IMG/VR virus record: IMGVR_UViG_3300028591_000128
Location: 1-64,000 of that record
DNA: 64,000 nucleotides
Origin: a virus
Lineage: Duplodnaviria; Caudoviricetes
Strand: one strand, 5' to 3'
In this document: piece by piece, positions 21,201 through 30,558 of the stretch
How the letters are laid out: each line of letters starts with the position of its first letter
Numbering within the stretch: position 1 is the first letter of the stretch
Translations under genes and position numbers: made by a program
Notes under the pieces: generated by a model
The model's database searches: none
Told to the model about the DNA's origin: nothing
What the model saw: only the letters and a program-made list of their open reading frames with translations

Positions 21201-24200
21201 TATATGATGAAACTATCTGAGGTAGGTGTTTCTGCACTACTACTTTGATTAAAATACTTTGCAAATATATAACCACTTGCAGTTCTTCTGGCTATTGTAT
21301 TATTTGATGCCGCAGTATCTGAAGCATAGCCATTTAATTTAGCGGAATCAGATGCAGTAGCTGCATTTCCGGAGATACTACCATTGATTGTGTTTAGGAA
21401 TCTAGCCGCTCCGGTCACAATGAGATTACCCACATTCGCTTCTGTTATACTCGCAGATCCTGTTGTAAGATAATTAGTGTCAAGATCATTTGTAGCAATA
21501 GCAGAAGAGGCAGAAACATTTGTGGTTGAAAGCGTTCCTGTTGAAGGATTGAATGTGAGGTTATTATTTTTCCTTGCTGTTTCCGTCCTCGTTGTATTAT
21601 CAGCAGTAGCAGAGAATAATACCTCATATGTAGCGTTTGTATTCGTTGCTGTTTGTGTTACTAAAGTGTCTGTATTATTATCACTCGGCATAGTAAATAT
21701 GTAGGATGTACCACCAGCAGTTATTGCATACTTACCGCCATGCGCAAGTGTGATCTGGTTAGTACCTGTAGATGTTGCAATCGAAGTTGCGTGAGTATGC
21801 CCACTTGTTGCATAAGCCGAGGATTCTGTATAAGCTGCGCTCTTTAATCCATGCACAGGAACGGATTGAGCAGATCCACCACTTGGTGTTACTGAGAATG
21901 CACCATTCGTAGATCCCTCTGCAAATGTGTAAGTTGTATTCGTGTTTGGATTCGCTGGCATCTTAATAGAATCTACAGCAAGTCCGGTTACATGCCCTTT
22001 AGCGTCTCGTTTAATCGTTACTCCGGTAACAAGAGATGTGGAATTCCATGTTGCTGCTGTGGTACTACTTGCATCTGCGTCCAACTGTGATCCGGTGTTT
22101 TCAGCAGGAGTGTAGTGATTACCTACAGCCGTAACTTTAGTATCTGTGTTTACGGTATATGTCGGTGCAGCCCAACTACCATCTTCCCTAAGAAATTTGG
22201 TAGACTGAGATTGACTTGATACTGCACTTCCTTTAGGTGCGACACCGGCAGAAGATGCGCTCACCTTTGGTATATTGGCAGTTACAGAAGCGGTATCACT
22301 ACCAGCTCTCGTAAGAGTCATCTTGACCGGACTATTTGCCGAAGCCGTTGTGTCATCCGCAAATGATGCAGTATTTACATACCTATCTGTGTTTGTTACC
22401 GTCTCTGTGGCACTTGCAATTCCAGTTACATGACCATATTCATCCAATGTAATATCTTGGACATATGTACGACCAGAGTTATTAACGCTTGCCTGACTAC
22501 TTGTATCTGCGTGTGATATACTAACTTTATTTCCCGTAGCATTAAAGGATACAGTAGTAGCACTTCCGTTCACAAAATCAATAGCACCGGAAGAAATGCC
22601 TGTGCCAAGCTTCTCTGTACCATTGATCTTAATATTTCTCCATGTATCTTCCACATCATCGCCAGAAGGTATATATACCCATTGATATGCAGAATCTATT
22701 TTGGTACTGACAAACATATCTCCGACTTTAGCAGCTTGAGAAGCATACGTGCCAGCCGTGATTACCTTGTAAGTCCAACCCTCATTAGAAGATGAAGCCG
22801 TTGGGAGAGAAGTAATAGTACCATTTGTACCAAGCGTTCCCTTAAATATCATTGGCTCCGGTAAGTTATCTATCGCAGTTGAAATTGCAGATGCTACCGC
22901 TCCAGATGTAACCAAGTCACCACTTCCACTCGTTACAGATGTGGTAAAGTTTTTCGCAGCCGCCGTACCAAGACCAGTTACTGCAATAGTCACCTTATCA
23001 TTGGTTGCATCAGGTGTTAGGCTGATATTACTACCGGCAGATAACTCCAATGTATCCGTCTTTCCATCAGCAGCGATAGTCGTAGTACCAACCTTTACGT
23101 TGCTGAAAGCGTTTTGGTTAACTTCCGCACCGCTTGCTATTCCAGCAAGTTTACTCTTTTCCGTAGAAGTGTAGTTGTTATCCGTATGAACGTAACTTGC
23201 ATCAGATACATAGTCACTGTCATTTGTTAAGTCACTCGTTTTGGTAGGAACAGTAACATTGACTGCCTTGTTTGCATCCGGAGTAAGTGCAGTACCATTC
23301 ACCTTTACTGATTCAATAACATTAACATCTGCACCAGCTTCAACGCCATCTAATTTCTTTTTGTCATTTGCAGACATCAGACCTGATTTTGATTGTGTCG
23401 CATCAGCAATACTCGGAGTAACCTTTACTGTCTGTTTAGATCCACCGCTTGGAGTTACTGAAAACCCATTAGTACCATTTTCAAATGTGTATGTGGTATT
23501 ATTGTCCGGTACCGTAGCGGTAGACAATACATTACCATTCTTGTCTTTCAGCTGCAGAACATGCCCATCAGACGGATTCTGACCAAGGCTTGTCGCATAG
23601 GTTGTCCGAATGTCATCTCCATCTTCATCGGCAGTTGCGGAATCTGCATGGGTAGCATTCGGGACAGTTATACTGATGGGCGAACCAGAAGACGGTGTTA
23701 ACACTATCTTCCCAGTTGCAGGATCTGCTGAAAGCGTATAAGTAGTATCATTGTCGGGAATAGTAATAGTAGTGTCATTTCCATCACTGTCATGTAAAGT
23801 AAATTTATGTTTATCGGTTGAATCCTGAATAAGTGTATAGGTGGTATCTTTTGCAGAGAACACTACACGATCTGATACTGCTGTTGGAGTAAGTGTTATG
23901 TTGTCTCCTGCAACAATACTGAGTGTGTCTGTTTTACTATCTGCGGATAGGGTGGTGACAGTCTGTCCTTGAGTTACTTCGACAGCACTGAATGCAAACT
24001 GATTGACTTCAGCGCCACTTGCCACACCATCCAGCTTTGTCTTATCTGACGCTGACATTAAACCAGACGCAGACTGTGTAGCATCCGAAATAACGATGTC
24101 AACATCATAGGTGTTTCCATCGTTATCGGTTATAGTTATTATGTTTGGGTTTGACGGATTACTGGAAATAGTGATATCTTTTTGACTGAATGTGAAAGTA

Positions 24201-24331
24201 TCACCATTTCTTTTTGTTGCAGTAAATGTATTTCCGCTACGGCTTATACTCGCTATAGCGGAATTATCCTGTACATAGTATTCTGAACCATCTGGGAGTT
24301 GTAGTTCACTTAGCTTTTGCATATCCGGCAT
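18209..24331 (-). CDS. Long tail fibre protein (2040 aa)
   Basis: Repeats GLMSASDKTKLDG, GAEVNQ.AFS, ATKATQDSDGN.I, VGLGNVDNTAD; T/S/G-rich. Confidence 0.85.
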   Translation of the reverse strand: MPDMQKLSELQLPDGSEYYVQDNSAIASISRSGNTFTATKRNGDTFTFSQKDITISSNPSNPNIITITDNDGNTYDVDIVISDATQSASGLMSASDKTKLDGVASGAEVNQFAFSAVEVTQGQTVTTLSADSKTDTLSIVAGDNITLTPTAVSDRVVFSAKDTTYTLIQDSTDKHKFTLHDSDGNDTTITIPDNDTTYTLSADPATGKIVLTPSSGSPISITVPNATHADSATADEDGDDIRTTYATSLGQNPSDGHVLQLKDKNGNVLSTATVPDNNTTYTFENGTNGFSVTPSGGSKQTVKVTPSIADATQSKSGLMSANDKKKLDGVEAGADVNVIESVKVNGTALTPDANKAVNVTVPTKTSDLTNDSDYVSDASYVHTDNNYTSTEKSKLAGIASGAEVNQNAFSNVKVGTTTIAADGKTDTLELSAGSNISLTPDATNDKVTIAVTGLGTAAAKNFTTSVTSGSGDLVTSGAVASAISTAIDNLPEPMIFKGTLGTNGTITSLPTASSSNEGWTYKVITAGTYASQAAKVGDMFVSTKIDSAYQWVYIPSGDDVEDTWRNIKINGTEKLGTGISSGAIDFVNGSATTVSFNATGNKVSISHADTSSQASVNNSGRTYVQDITLDEYGHVTGIASATETVTNTDRYVNTASFADDTTASANSPVKMTLTRAGSDTASVTANIPKVSASSAGVAPKGSAVSSQSQSTKFLREDGSWAAPTYTVNTDTKVTAVGNHYTPAENTGSQLDADASSTTAATWNSTSLVTGVTIKRDAKGHVTGLAVDSIKMPANPNTNTTYTFAEGSTNGAFSVTPSGGSAQSVPVHGLKSAAYTESSAYATSGHTHATSIATSTGTNQITLAHGGKYAITAGGTSYIFTMPSDNNTDTLVTQTATNTNATYEVLFSATADNTTRTETARKNNNLTFNPSTGTLSTTNVSASSAIATNDLDTNYLTTGSASITEANVGNLIVTGAARFLNTINGSISGNAATASDSAKLNGYASDTAASNNTIARRTASGYIFAKYFNQSSSAETPTSDSFIIYANSDGYFRKSTVANMKTAMSLNNVENKSSATIRSELTSSNVTTALGYTPVNKAGDTITGRIAYNNVSMPLSAGKVTSLAAGTTEIFKDGIAISNPATFYDVGWIRVTGTGESDTVLEIATGDDGGMTNCEKTVVRQYNTSNAVAREAVLLNTDGTSSFPVSVTAPKFIGNLQGTADNADKVDGYHIYYDRYVSSTQLAQPTADTVWYVKVSTANWNSHIEVIQIRTGGNNRVGCHVLYTGSRGTKWWGYGQVYSHRGLSGVYKVISNSDDVYLRFDADCTSATIYTSFTPQTIAIVDSPSGAYYTEVPTYGGWYGNQITVDHIQTNNYITIQKPTVASSTFADSNPKIVFKNADGSQSGSLTWTDYDSVQSPASLTLNGTQGGEYFIAPNIKATGSFYGNLSGNASTATSATKATQDSDGNTIKSTYLKLAGGTLTGTLQLGSSTQSTLPTCGIHVHDVRSVDITTNCMRYQSNFFFSNRSMPDGNFWSLLHVRGWNEDAYNTWELAGPANAGDQRTTPLYVRSSNGTTWGSWRKIFDSSNKPTKSDVGLGNVDNTADANKSVNYATSAGSATKATQDSDGNAINTTYLKKSGGTLTGAINTANNTYNNIGDDVAIGDINVAGTLGVKGLNGATGIQLVPYSGSTAQKISINGSGTMTITGTVASTFSGNLTGNADSATLLNQDTTYKEGTAYVCQTSAGTVKAFCSRANNSNIGLSTSGYGCMLLSATWGGGTNYNGELFMGMGDFPNLYFRGKNNGTYTSWNAIGQFTATPTSGQVVITNGTTGGMKSSGYTIATSVPSGAKFTDTDTKNTAGSTDTSSKIFLIGATSQAANPQTYSQDTAYVGTDGCLYSGGTKVLTAHQDISGKVSKTGDTMTGCLSITSANSSWAEGIRINRGNGGYCSFVMGGAANSTSGTGDNVWWLGCNPSSYSHKWFVAHNGSTQTGTYFYVDSSTQQSPHFRVGGDLAVGSKTTTSKSCTLRYNDTTSSMDFIFTA

Positions 24332-24368
24332 TGGATCAATCCTCCCGAAACAAATAAGTTTCTATAAA

Positions 24369-25256
24369 TTAAGAAACTGTTATAGTTGTTGGTGTTCCTG
24401 TGAACTGAGCTTGTTCAATATCACCTTCCGGCGTATATTGACCAGATGCAGATACTGCCGAAGTAGCATTCTCTCCCTCCGCAGTAATCTGTGCAAGCGT
24501 TCCTGTAAATGTAGGCTGTGTGATTGTATCAACATCAACGGCAACAGTTTGATCTGCACCCTTTGTAGGAAGTGTTCCAGGACTGCCTCCAGTAATTATT
24601 AACTTTCCATCCTGTACAGTAAATGTTGGAAGTACAGGAAGCGTACCTACATCTGTGATACTATTGACTGTATCATGTGTAAGTGTCACATTTGCACCTG
24701 TATTTACACCAGCAGGGGTATAATCCACAGGATGCCCTGTAAATACTTGTGCCTCAGCCGTACCATCTACGCCGATGGTTGCTTCGGTACCTGTAAATGC
24801 TTGTGCATTTACAGAACCTTGTGGAGTGTATTGTGTAGATGCAGTATCTTTGAATGCAAGTGCTTTTAGTGCTCCAGAAGAACCATACTCTTGCCAATGA
24901 TGTCCAGTCCAAGCAAACTCTAATTCACGAACAGGTTCTTCTGAGTCACTATCTGAATCAGAATCCTGTTCTGGTCGGTATGTAACGACATCTCCATTTT
25001 CAGGATAGTATGGAGTAGATGGATCATCTACTAAAATGATTGGAGAAGTAGTTGCACCATCATATAGTTCCGTTAGCGTTCTACCACGGAAATGCATGAC
25101 CTGTGCAATCATTTCTTGCAACTCGGCAATAGCTTGTCTGGCTTCCTCATCTTTTATCCAATACGAATTCCCAGAGGGTAATTGAAACCACCATATCTCA
25201 GGTTTCAGGATAGGTTCTTCAGAATCATTATCTATGATATTCGGATCATTTGGCAT
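24369..25256 (-). CDS. Structural/tail-associated protein, paralogue of 62466..63176
   Basis: Start reassigned to MPNDP after GGAGG; shares DGATT.PI, LAFKD.AS and GTLP motifs. Confidence 0.65.
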   Translation of the reverse strand: MPNDPNIIDNDSEEPILKPEIWWFQLPSGNSYWIKDEEARQAIAELQEMIAQVMHFRGRTLTELYDGATTSPIILVDDPSTPYYPENGDVVTYRPEQDSDSDSDSEEPVRELEFAWTGHHWQEYGSSGALKALAFKDTASTQYTPQGSVNAQAFTGTEATIGVDGTAEAQVFTGHPVDYTPAGVNTGANVTLTHDTVNSITDVGTLPVLPTFTVQDGKLIITGGSPGTLPTKGADQTVAVDVDTITQPTFTGTLAQITAEGENATSAVSASGQYTPEGDIEQAQFTGTPTTITVS

Positions 25257-25273
25257 CTTTATATACCTCCGCA

Positions 25274-25732
25274 TTAGTGGGTTGTAAATATCAGTTTTCC
25301 TGGAACATTGTCATCTACATAACAACGAACTTTGTTGTTCCAGTTATCTTTATCTTGCTGTGTAACGTGAATTACACTATTATCAACATGATCTTGATAG
25401 TAATCTTCAATAAATGGCATATCTATCAGATAGCTTGTGCCATCTCCGACTTTTAGTCCTGGAATAAGTGTACCATTTAAATCATGATGGTCAGAGTATA
25501 CATATACGGTACCTCTAACTGATTTTAATGTTGGTGTGGAATTCCAATTAGCGGTAGTGTCAATTAAGACCCTACCGCCAAATAATTGCGTACCTAAATA
25601 GATTTGACCTGTCTTCTCTATGAAATATAATCCGTTCTGGTTTATATCTGCAGGAAGATGATCTGACTTGACATAATAATGTTTTACTAATTCATAATCT
25701 TGTGGTTCTGACATATCACACCACCTCAACAT
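25274..25732 (-). CDS. Tail-associated structural protein
   Basis: LKVGDG.S...D.PF and HVTQ.DKDNWN motifs common in fibre-anchor proteins. Confidence 0.6.
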   Translation of the reverse strand: MLRWCDMSEPQDYELVKHYYVKSDHLPADINQNGLYFIEKTGQIYLGTQLFGGRVLIDTTANWNSTPTLKSVRGTVYVYSDHHDLNGTLIPGLKVGDGTSYLIDMPFIEDYYQDHVDNSVIHVTQQDKDNWNNKVRCYVDDNVPGKLIFTTH

Positions 25733-25758
25733 ATATTTTCAAAGTTACAAAACCATTG

Positions 25759-25995
25759 CTAAAAACTTACATAGTTGACACTATAGAAATTACATCCAGG
25801 ATGAGCATCGATGATCCAGTTTTCTAATGAATACTGTCTATCTGCTTCTGCGGAATAATTTCCATCTTCGTAATATGGGAAGTATTTTACAATTTCTGTA
25901 CCATCATCATATCGACCTACAGCTTCCCAATATTCACCAGAATCAGGTTCAGGTTGTATAGAACATGTTATAGGTCTATTAATATACCGTTTCAT
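25759..25995 (-). CDS. MKKYIK-leader-like protein
   Basis: MKRYINRPITCS; AAAGGAG RBS. Confidence 0.65.
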   Translation of the reverse strand: MKRYINRPITCSIQPEPDSGEYWEAVGRYDDGTEIVKYFPYYEDGNYSAEADRQYSLENWIIDAHPGCNFYSVNYVSF

Positions 25996-26010
25996 AATAA
26001 ATTAACTCCT

Positions 26011-26475
26011 TTACAGAAAATCATTATCTTTCAGTGCTTTTTGATATGCAGAATTGATATTCGCTATAGCATGAACAGCCTTGTTGTTCTTGTATCCTGG
26101 GTGCTCATCGCAATAGTGTTCATATTCTGTTATATCCTCATTCGTTTGGTCAAACCACTCTTCAGAATGACGCACCTTTAGTTTAATTTCATCCGAACCT
26201 CTAAGAATACGAACTCTGCGAGTGTCAGCGACTGTTTTAAGATGTTCTTGACGAATCTTCTCATCATTTGCATTCATCTTTTCAGATAAATCTTTTATGC
26301 TTTGATGCATCTCATCTTTCATCGTGTTTACATTCTCATTTACAGATTTGATCTCTTTTGTTAGTTCTTCTAATTTGGAATTCTTCGTATCTTTTCTAGT
26401 TATGAGGAACTGAATGAATCCGAACACTGCTGAACTACCTAGGATTGATAGTATTATAGTTAATACTGGTCCCAT
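26011..26475 (-). CDS. Membrane protein, holin-like candidate
   Basis: N-terminal TM (ILGSSAVFGFIQFLI), coiled coil, YE.YC..HP.YKN tail. Confidence 0.5.
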   Translation of the reverse strand: MGPVLTIILSILGSSAVFGFIQFLITRKDTKNSKLEELTKEIKSVNENVNTMKDEMHQSIKDLSEKMNANDEKIRQEHLKTVADTRRVRILRGSDEIKLKVRHSEEWFDQTNEDITEYEHYCDEHPGYKNNKAVHAIANINSAYQKALKDNDFL

Positions 26476-26512
26476 TACACCACCTCCTCAATAATATAGA
26501 TAATCATCAGGA

Positions 26513-27685
26513 TCATTCACCTGTAACAGTAGATGCAAATACGAAACCTACTGCCTTTCTACCATTTCCCGGAAGTGTATATTCAATTCTCTTGAAAGTA
26601 ATTCCAGTAGTTGGGTCAGAATATTCACCACCAAGTATTCTCACTGCACCAATAATATCATCAATCGGATGCTTGATACTTGGAGTAGCATAAACTCTTG
26701 TAGTTTTCTTTAAAGCTGCAGATGTTTTTTCATCATTAGATGCAGATGGAGTTACAGGCTCAGTGATAGGTTCAGGATCCGTTGTAGGTGTCGGATCAGT
26801 TGTAGGTGTCGAATTCGACTCAGTATCTGCTGATGCATCATCAACTGTATCCGTGTCACTATCAGCATCTACGTCACTATCAGCATCTACGTCACTAGCA
26901 TCATTAGCATCTGTGTCGGTATCGGTGTCGGAATCTACATCAGTGTCAACATCAGCATCGCTATCTGTATCACTATCACTGTCAGCATCATTAGCAATAG
27001 CAATTACAGTATATATTCCGGCTTCATCGGGTCCAGAAATTGCGTAATTCTCAGTATCAACAGCTCCGTCTGGAATAGAGCCTTTGAATGAACCACCAGT
27101 GACTGTTACTATGGTTGCCGAATCGTCTTCTTTAGATATTGCAGAAGTTTCAGAACGGATTACACCGGAAGTTACTACTGCTATACCTCGTTTATGCACA
27201 TCAATTGCATGGGCATCACCAGCATCAATCAACCCAGAGGAAACTTCTACCTTACTATTTGCAGTTGCAATAGTGTAACCTTCTACATCAATTACAGGAC
27301 CATCACCTGTGGTGGAAGAAATGTATGCACCAGAAATATTAAGTTTCGCTTTCTTTTGAACTTTGACAACCGTTCCTGTACCAGTTACAGTAAGATCATT
27401 TGCTAATGTAAGAACAGTATCAGCCCCATCTATACATATACCAGTTGGTACAGCACTTGTGATGAAACCATTTGAGATAGTATAATTACCACCTGTAATG
27501 AGAATACCATTCTCTGCGGAAATAGATATTGTATTAGAATTTAAGTCAATATGTAGTTTTTTGTCAGATGAAAATTCTGTAGAAGATGTAATAGAAATGG
27601 AATCAATTAACTGGATACGGTCATTATCATTTGCGGAAGCAATCGCTTCAAGCAGTTCTTGAAGTGTACTTACTGTTGTATTCAT
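26513..27685 (-). CDS. Beta-helix-like protein with D-S/D-T and P-T low-complexity linker
   Basis: LQELLEAI...IDLN.NTI...ISGA/VTGGSF repeats; DADSDSDTDSD tract. Confidence 0.6.
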   Translation of the reverse strand: MNTTVSTLQELLEAIASANDNDRIQLIDSISITSSTEFSSDKKLHIDLNSNTISISAENGILITGGNYTISNGFITSAVPTGICIDGADTVLTLANDLTVTGTGTVVKVQKKAKLNISGAYISSTTGDGPVIDVEGYTIATANSKVEVSSGLIDAGDAHAIDVHKRGIAVVTSGVIRSETSAISKEDDSATIVTVTGGSFKGSIPDGAVDTENYAISGPDEAGIYTVIAIANDADSDSDTDSDADVDTDVDSDTDTDTDANDASDVDADSDVDADSDTDTVDDASADTESNSTPTTDPTPTTDPEPITEPVTPSASNDEKTSAALKKTTRVYATPSIKHPIDDIIGAVRILGGEYSDPTTGITFKRIEYTLPGNGRKAVGFVFASTVTGE

Positions 27686-27702
27686 TTTAACTCCTCCTGA
27701 AT

Positions 27703-28137
27703 TTATATCATATTATCAATTCGAATCTTCCTCATTTCATCCCAGATTATGTTGGACAGTATTCTAACACGGGCTTTACGAGGTTCATCAAATATGTCCT
27801 TGTACTTATATATAAGGTGGTTCTTCTCTCTTGACTCCAATATAGTTTCCCTTGTTGCATCTCTAACTAATTTATCTTCAATATATAAAAGCCTGTCCTC
27901 TGCATAACGGAGATCAAGTGTTTTACGAATCTTCCTATACTCAAGATTCTTCCTTAATGTTTTAGGTTCTATCCCGGTAATTACCCAAGATATTGCCTGT
28001 GATTCCGTTATACAATTATGGACAGACTTCGCTCTATGTCTTGCTACTTTACTAACATAGTCAATAGCAGCAAATATGCTCCCATCAAATGCTTCTACAT
28101 AAGTATTAAATTTTGAATCATAACACCAATGGGTCAT
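27703..28137 (-). CDS. Hypothetical protein
   Basis: ORF track. Confidence 0.6.
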   Translation of the reverse strand: MTHWCYDSKFNTYVEAFDGSIFAAIDYVSKVARHRAKSVHNCITESQAISWVITGIEPKTLRKNLEYRKIRKTLDLRYAEDRLLYIEDKLVRDATRETILESREKNHLIYKYKDIFDEPRKARVRILSNIIWDEMRKIRIDNMI

Positions 28138-28316
28138 AGTTTATTTTGTGAAATAGTTGTATTGATTTAGTGAAATTAATTAAATTTCCTTAAAGTTCAT
28201 AAAATTTAATTAAGTATTTAAGAGAATTTTACATAATTTGAATTAATTTTCAATAATGTAAATAAAATTTACATTATTGATGCTGTTCCAAGAATATCCT
28301 CAATCTGTTTTGTAAA

Positions 28317-29012
28317 TCACTTAGAAATCGTATTCGCCACTTCTTTGATAGCTTCCATGTAATCCCTATCACGCTCCTGCGTTTCAACACTCAACTGATC
28401 GAACGGAACAATACTCTTATGATCGTGACCATAACAGTATGGGTGATTTTTCTTCTTAAAATTCATATCCATCGCCCAAGCATCATGTACATCCTCAAGA
28501 GTAACATTATCACCCTTTACGAGAGCGAGTAAAGCATACAGACGAACAAGATTCTCATCATCCTTGAGTCCTGACTTCTCTTTAGTGATTCTAACAACCC
28601 GATCAATGTATGTTTCACCGTTATGCGGTCCAAATAGAACATTGTACCCCATATCTGTAAGTATTGTACGAATACAGGATGTACTATACCGATCCAAATA
28701 AATATTTCGTATGGAGAATCTATCGGAAATATTCTGCACTGCATCTAATAACATACCGACGATAGAATCTCCAGAAAACTCACAGAATGACATAAGTTCA
28801 AAATTATCCGGAACTAACACACATTGGATATTGAAACCATCAGTTATTGAATGCTCAATATGGATGTCAACTATAGCATGATGCCAATCAGACCGATTAA
28901 AATTTCCTGTAGCATTTGGATTGTCGCAGACATACACTTGTCCATTGTATTCAACTAAATAATCTTTCTTATAATATTTAGTTGTGCCAAATACTGGAAT
29001 ATGTATATTCAT
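28317..29012 (-). CDS. Protein with N-terminal CBM5/12-like motif and C-terminal RyR-like domain
   Basis: YKKDYLVEYNGQVYVC...W; VHDAW...HKSIVPFDQLS.ETQERD. Confidence 0.55.
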   Translation of the reverse strand: MNIHIPVFGTTKYYKKDYLVEYNGQVYVCDNPNATGNFNRSDWHHAIVDIHIEHSITDGFNIQCVLVPDNFELMSFCEFSGDSIVGMLLDAVQNISDRFSIRNIYLDRYSTSCIRTILTDMGYNVLFGPHNGETYIDRVVRITKEKSGLKDDENLVRLYALLALVKGDNVTLEDVHDAWAMDMNFKKKNHPYCYGHDHKSIVPFDQLSVETQERDRDYMEAIKEVANTISK

Positions 29013-29467
29013 TAGACTACCTCCTTATGCATATCAGCATAACTCTTTAACCTGTCCCAAATCTTATCAAGAATATGTTTACGATTTTCAACAGAATCCT
29101 GTCTCCAAACAAGGTTCTCTTCTTCATACTTCCGGTTCTCTGTAAATGTATTGATCGCCCAATCAAGAAACTGTGGCATTGGATGCTTTGAAATACTGTT
29201 AAACAACTCACCGTATCCGTAAAGATCCTTTGTGAATGTATTTACATCATTTACAAGAATCTCAAAATCCACACCATTCAAAGACATATCAATAAGTTCT
29301 ATGATCAAGAATATATCATTATAGGAGATGTAGCTACTATCCTTTATATTCTTAATGTAGTTATCAATGAATGGAACAAGTTCCGTTTCTACATTCAGTT
29401 TCTCAATATCATACATCAGATCAAGCGCACTATCATTACACAGTATTCCAGTATCCCATGTGCCCAT
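29012..29467 (-). CDS. DUF4259-like protein
   Basis: N-terminal MGTWDTGILCNDSALD matches the MGxWxxGxxxNDxAxD signature. Confidence 0.6.
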   Translation of the reverse strand: MGTWDTGILCNDSALDLMYDIEKLNVETELVPFIDNYIKNIKDSSYISYNDIFLIIELIDMSLNGVDFEILVNDVNTFTKDLYGYGELFNSISKHPMPQFLDWAINTFTENRKYEEENLVWRQDSVENRKHILDKIWDRLKSYADMHKEVV

Positions 29468-29484
29468 AACAAACCCTCCAAGTA

Positions 29485-29661
29485 TTACTTCTGCATTGTC
29501 AATAAAATAGGCCGCCCGGTTATTGTAGAGAGTTCCTGCAACAAGGAATAATATCTCTCAACATCTGACACCTCTTTCAAATCAATATGCGTCATATCTA
29601 TAACATTATCAGATTCGCCATAAGATGGTTTAATCTGTCTTCCAACTAATTCTACTGTCAT
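29485..29661 (-). CDS. Hypothetical 58-aa protein (not in ORF track)
   Basis: GGAGG RBS; MTVELVGRQ...LTMQK. Confidence 0.5.
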   Translation of the reverse strand: MTVELVGRQIKPSYGESDNVIDMTHIDLKEVSDVERYYSLLQELSTITGRPILLTMQK

Positions 29662-29706
29662 GTTCTTGCCTCCATATAGAATAGAATCTACAAGTATTGT
29701 AACGAT

Positions 29707-29994
29707 TCACATGTCCTTTAACTGATACTGCATATCTTCCACCTGCTTAGCATCTCTTGGAGAATAGTTAGTTGCAGATCCATACCCGCCCTTACTCCGG
29801 TAATTCGAATGTCCCTTTCGTGTATTGGTCTTTACACTTTTACCTCTACTCATTACAGCATTCATTTCGTTGTTATTTGCAAGTTTTCCATAGTAGAACT
29901 CGTCCTTATCTAACCACCTATTCAATGCTTTCATTAGGCTTGATCTTTGCTTTATCTTTTTAGTTCTACGTCTTCTACGTTCTGAACGTTCCAT
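29707..29994 (-). CDS. Basic hypothetical protein
   Basis: ORF track; Arg/Lys-rich N-terminus. Confidence 0.6.
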   Translation of the reverse strand: MERSERRRRRTKKIKQRSSLMKALNRWLDKDEFYYGKLANNNEMNAVMSRGKSVKTNTRKGHSNYRSKGGYGSATNYSPRDAKQVEDMQYQLKDM

Positions 29995-30038
29995 ACGAAC
30001 CTACTTTCTATAAAAAACATCATGTGGCTTGTCCGTGT

Positions 30039-30396
30039 GTTTGATGCCTATGTAATGTTACATGTCGTAAATTCAAATCCTTACTATTGACAAATGTATT
30101 TTATGTTTGACACCTGTGCAATTTCATAGTCTACCAAAACGGATACGCCTAAACCGTACGCTAGTTTGACACCTATGCAATTTCATAGTATATCAAAACC
30201 TTTGATGATTGAATAGCGTCCAACCTTAAGTTTGACACCTGTGCAATTTAACATGTTATCAAAACTCTGATAGTAGATCAATTTCCATTGTCCACGTTTG
30301 ACACCTATGTAAATTCACAGTATACCAAACTGTATAAGAACTCAGCTGCAAGTATCCTATGTTTGATACCTATGTAATTTCGCACTGTATCAAAAC
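30039..30396 (-). CRISPR. CRISPR array A: 6 repeats, 5 spacers
   Basis: 35-36-nt repeats (plus strand GTTTGACACCTRTGYAATTT....TATCAAAAC) starting at 30039 (degenerate), 30105, 30164, 30230, 30296, 30361; spacers 30, 23, 30, 30, 30 nt. Confidence 0.92.
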
Positions 30397-30510
30397 CTCA
30401 AATCACACATGTATTCAGTTTTGATAACATATTTTACAAAGGCTTGGTGAGTGCGTTACGACTAAATCTGAGTAAAGTCTACCTCACCATAAGGTTGTCA
30501 AATCAACCCC
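30397..30510 (-). ncRNA. tracrRNA-like module A plus leader ending ATTTGAG
   Basis: 5' hairpin GGTTG-ATTTGA-CAACC, GGTGAG/CTCACC stem, anti-repeat GCCTTTGTAA..ATGTTATCAAAAC. Confidence 0.8.
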
Positions 30511-30558
30511 ATATATAAATATTTAAATTTTAATTGTATGTAACAACATATTCTTCTG

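Noticed and set aside
25257-25274. MRRYIK N-terminus of ORF 24369..25274 as another leader-family member
   Set aside because: These codons overlap the GGAGG RBS of a better-placed ATG (MPNDP), so the match is probably coincidental.
28140-28290. Very AT-rich intergenic tract (also AATATTTAG tandem copies near 13590-13625) as a replication origin
   Set aside because: No initiator gene, clear iterons or DnaA-box cluster visible; could simply be promoter DNA.
30075-30104. Terminal spacer of array A resembles the cas12f upstream region (~34612-34640), suggesting autoregulation
   Set aside because: Requires gaps and multiple mismatches in low-complexity AT-rich sequence.
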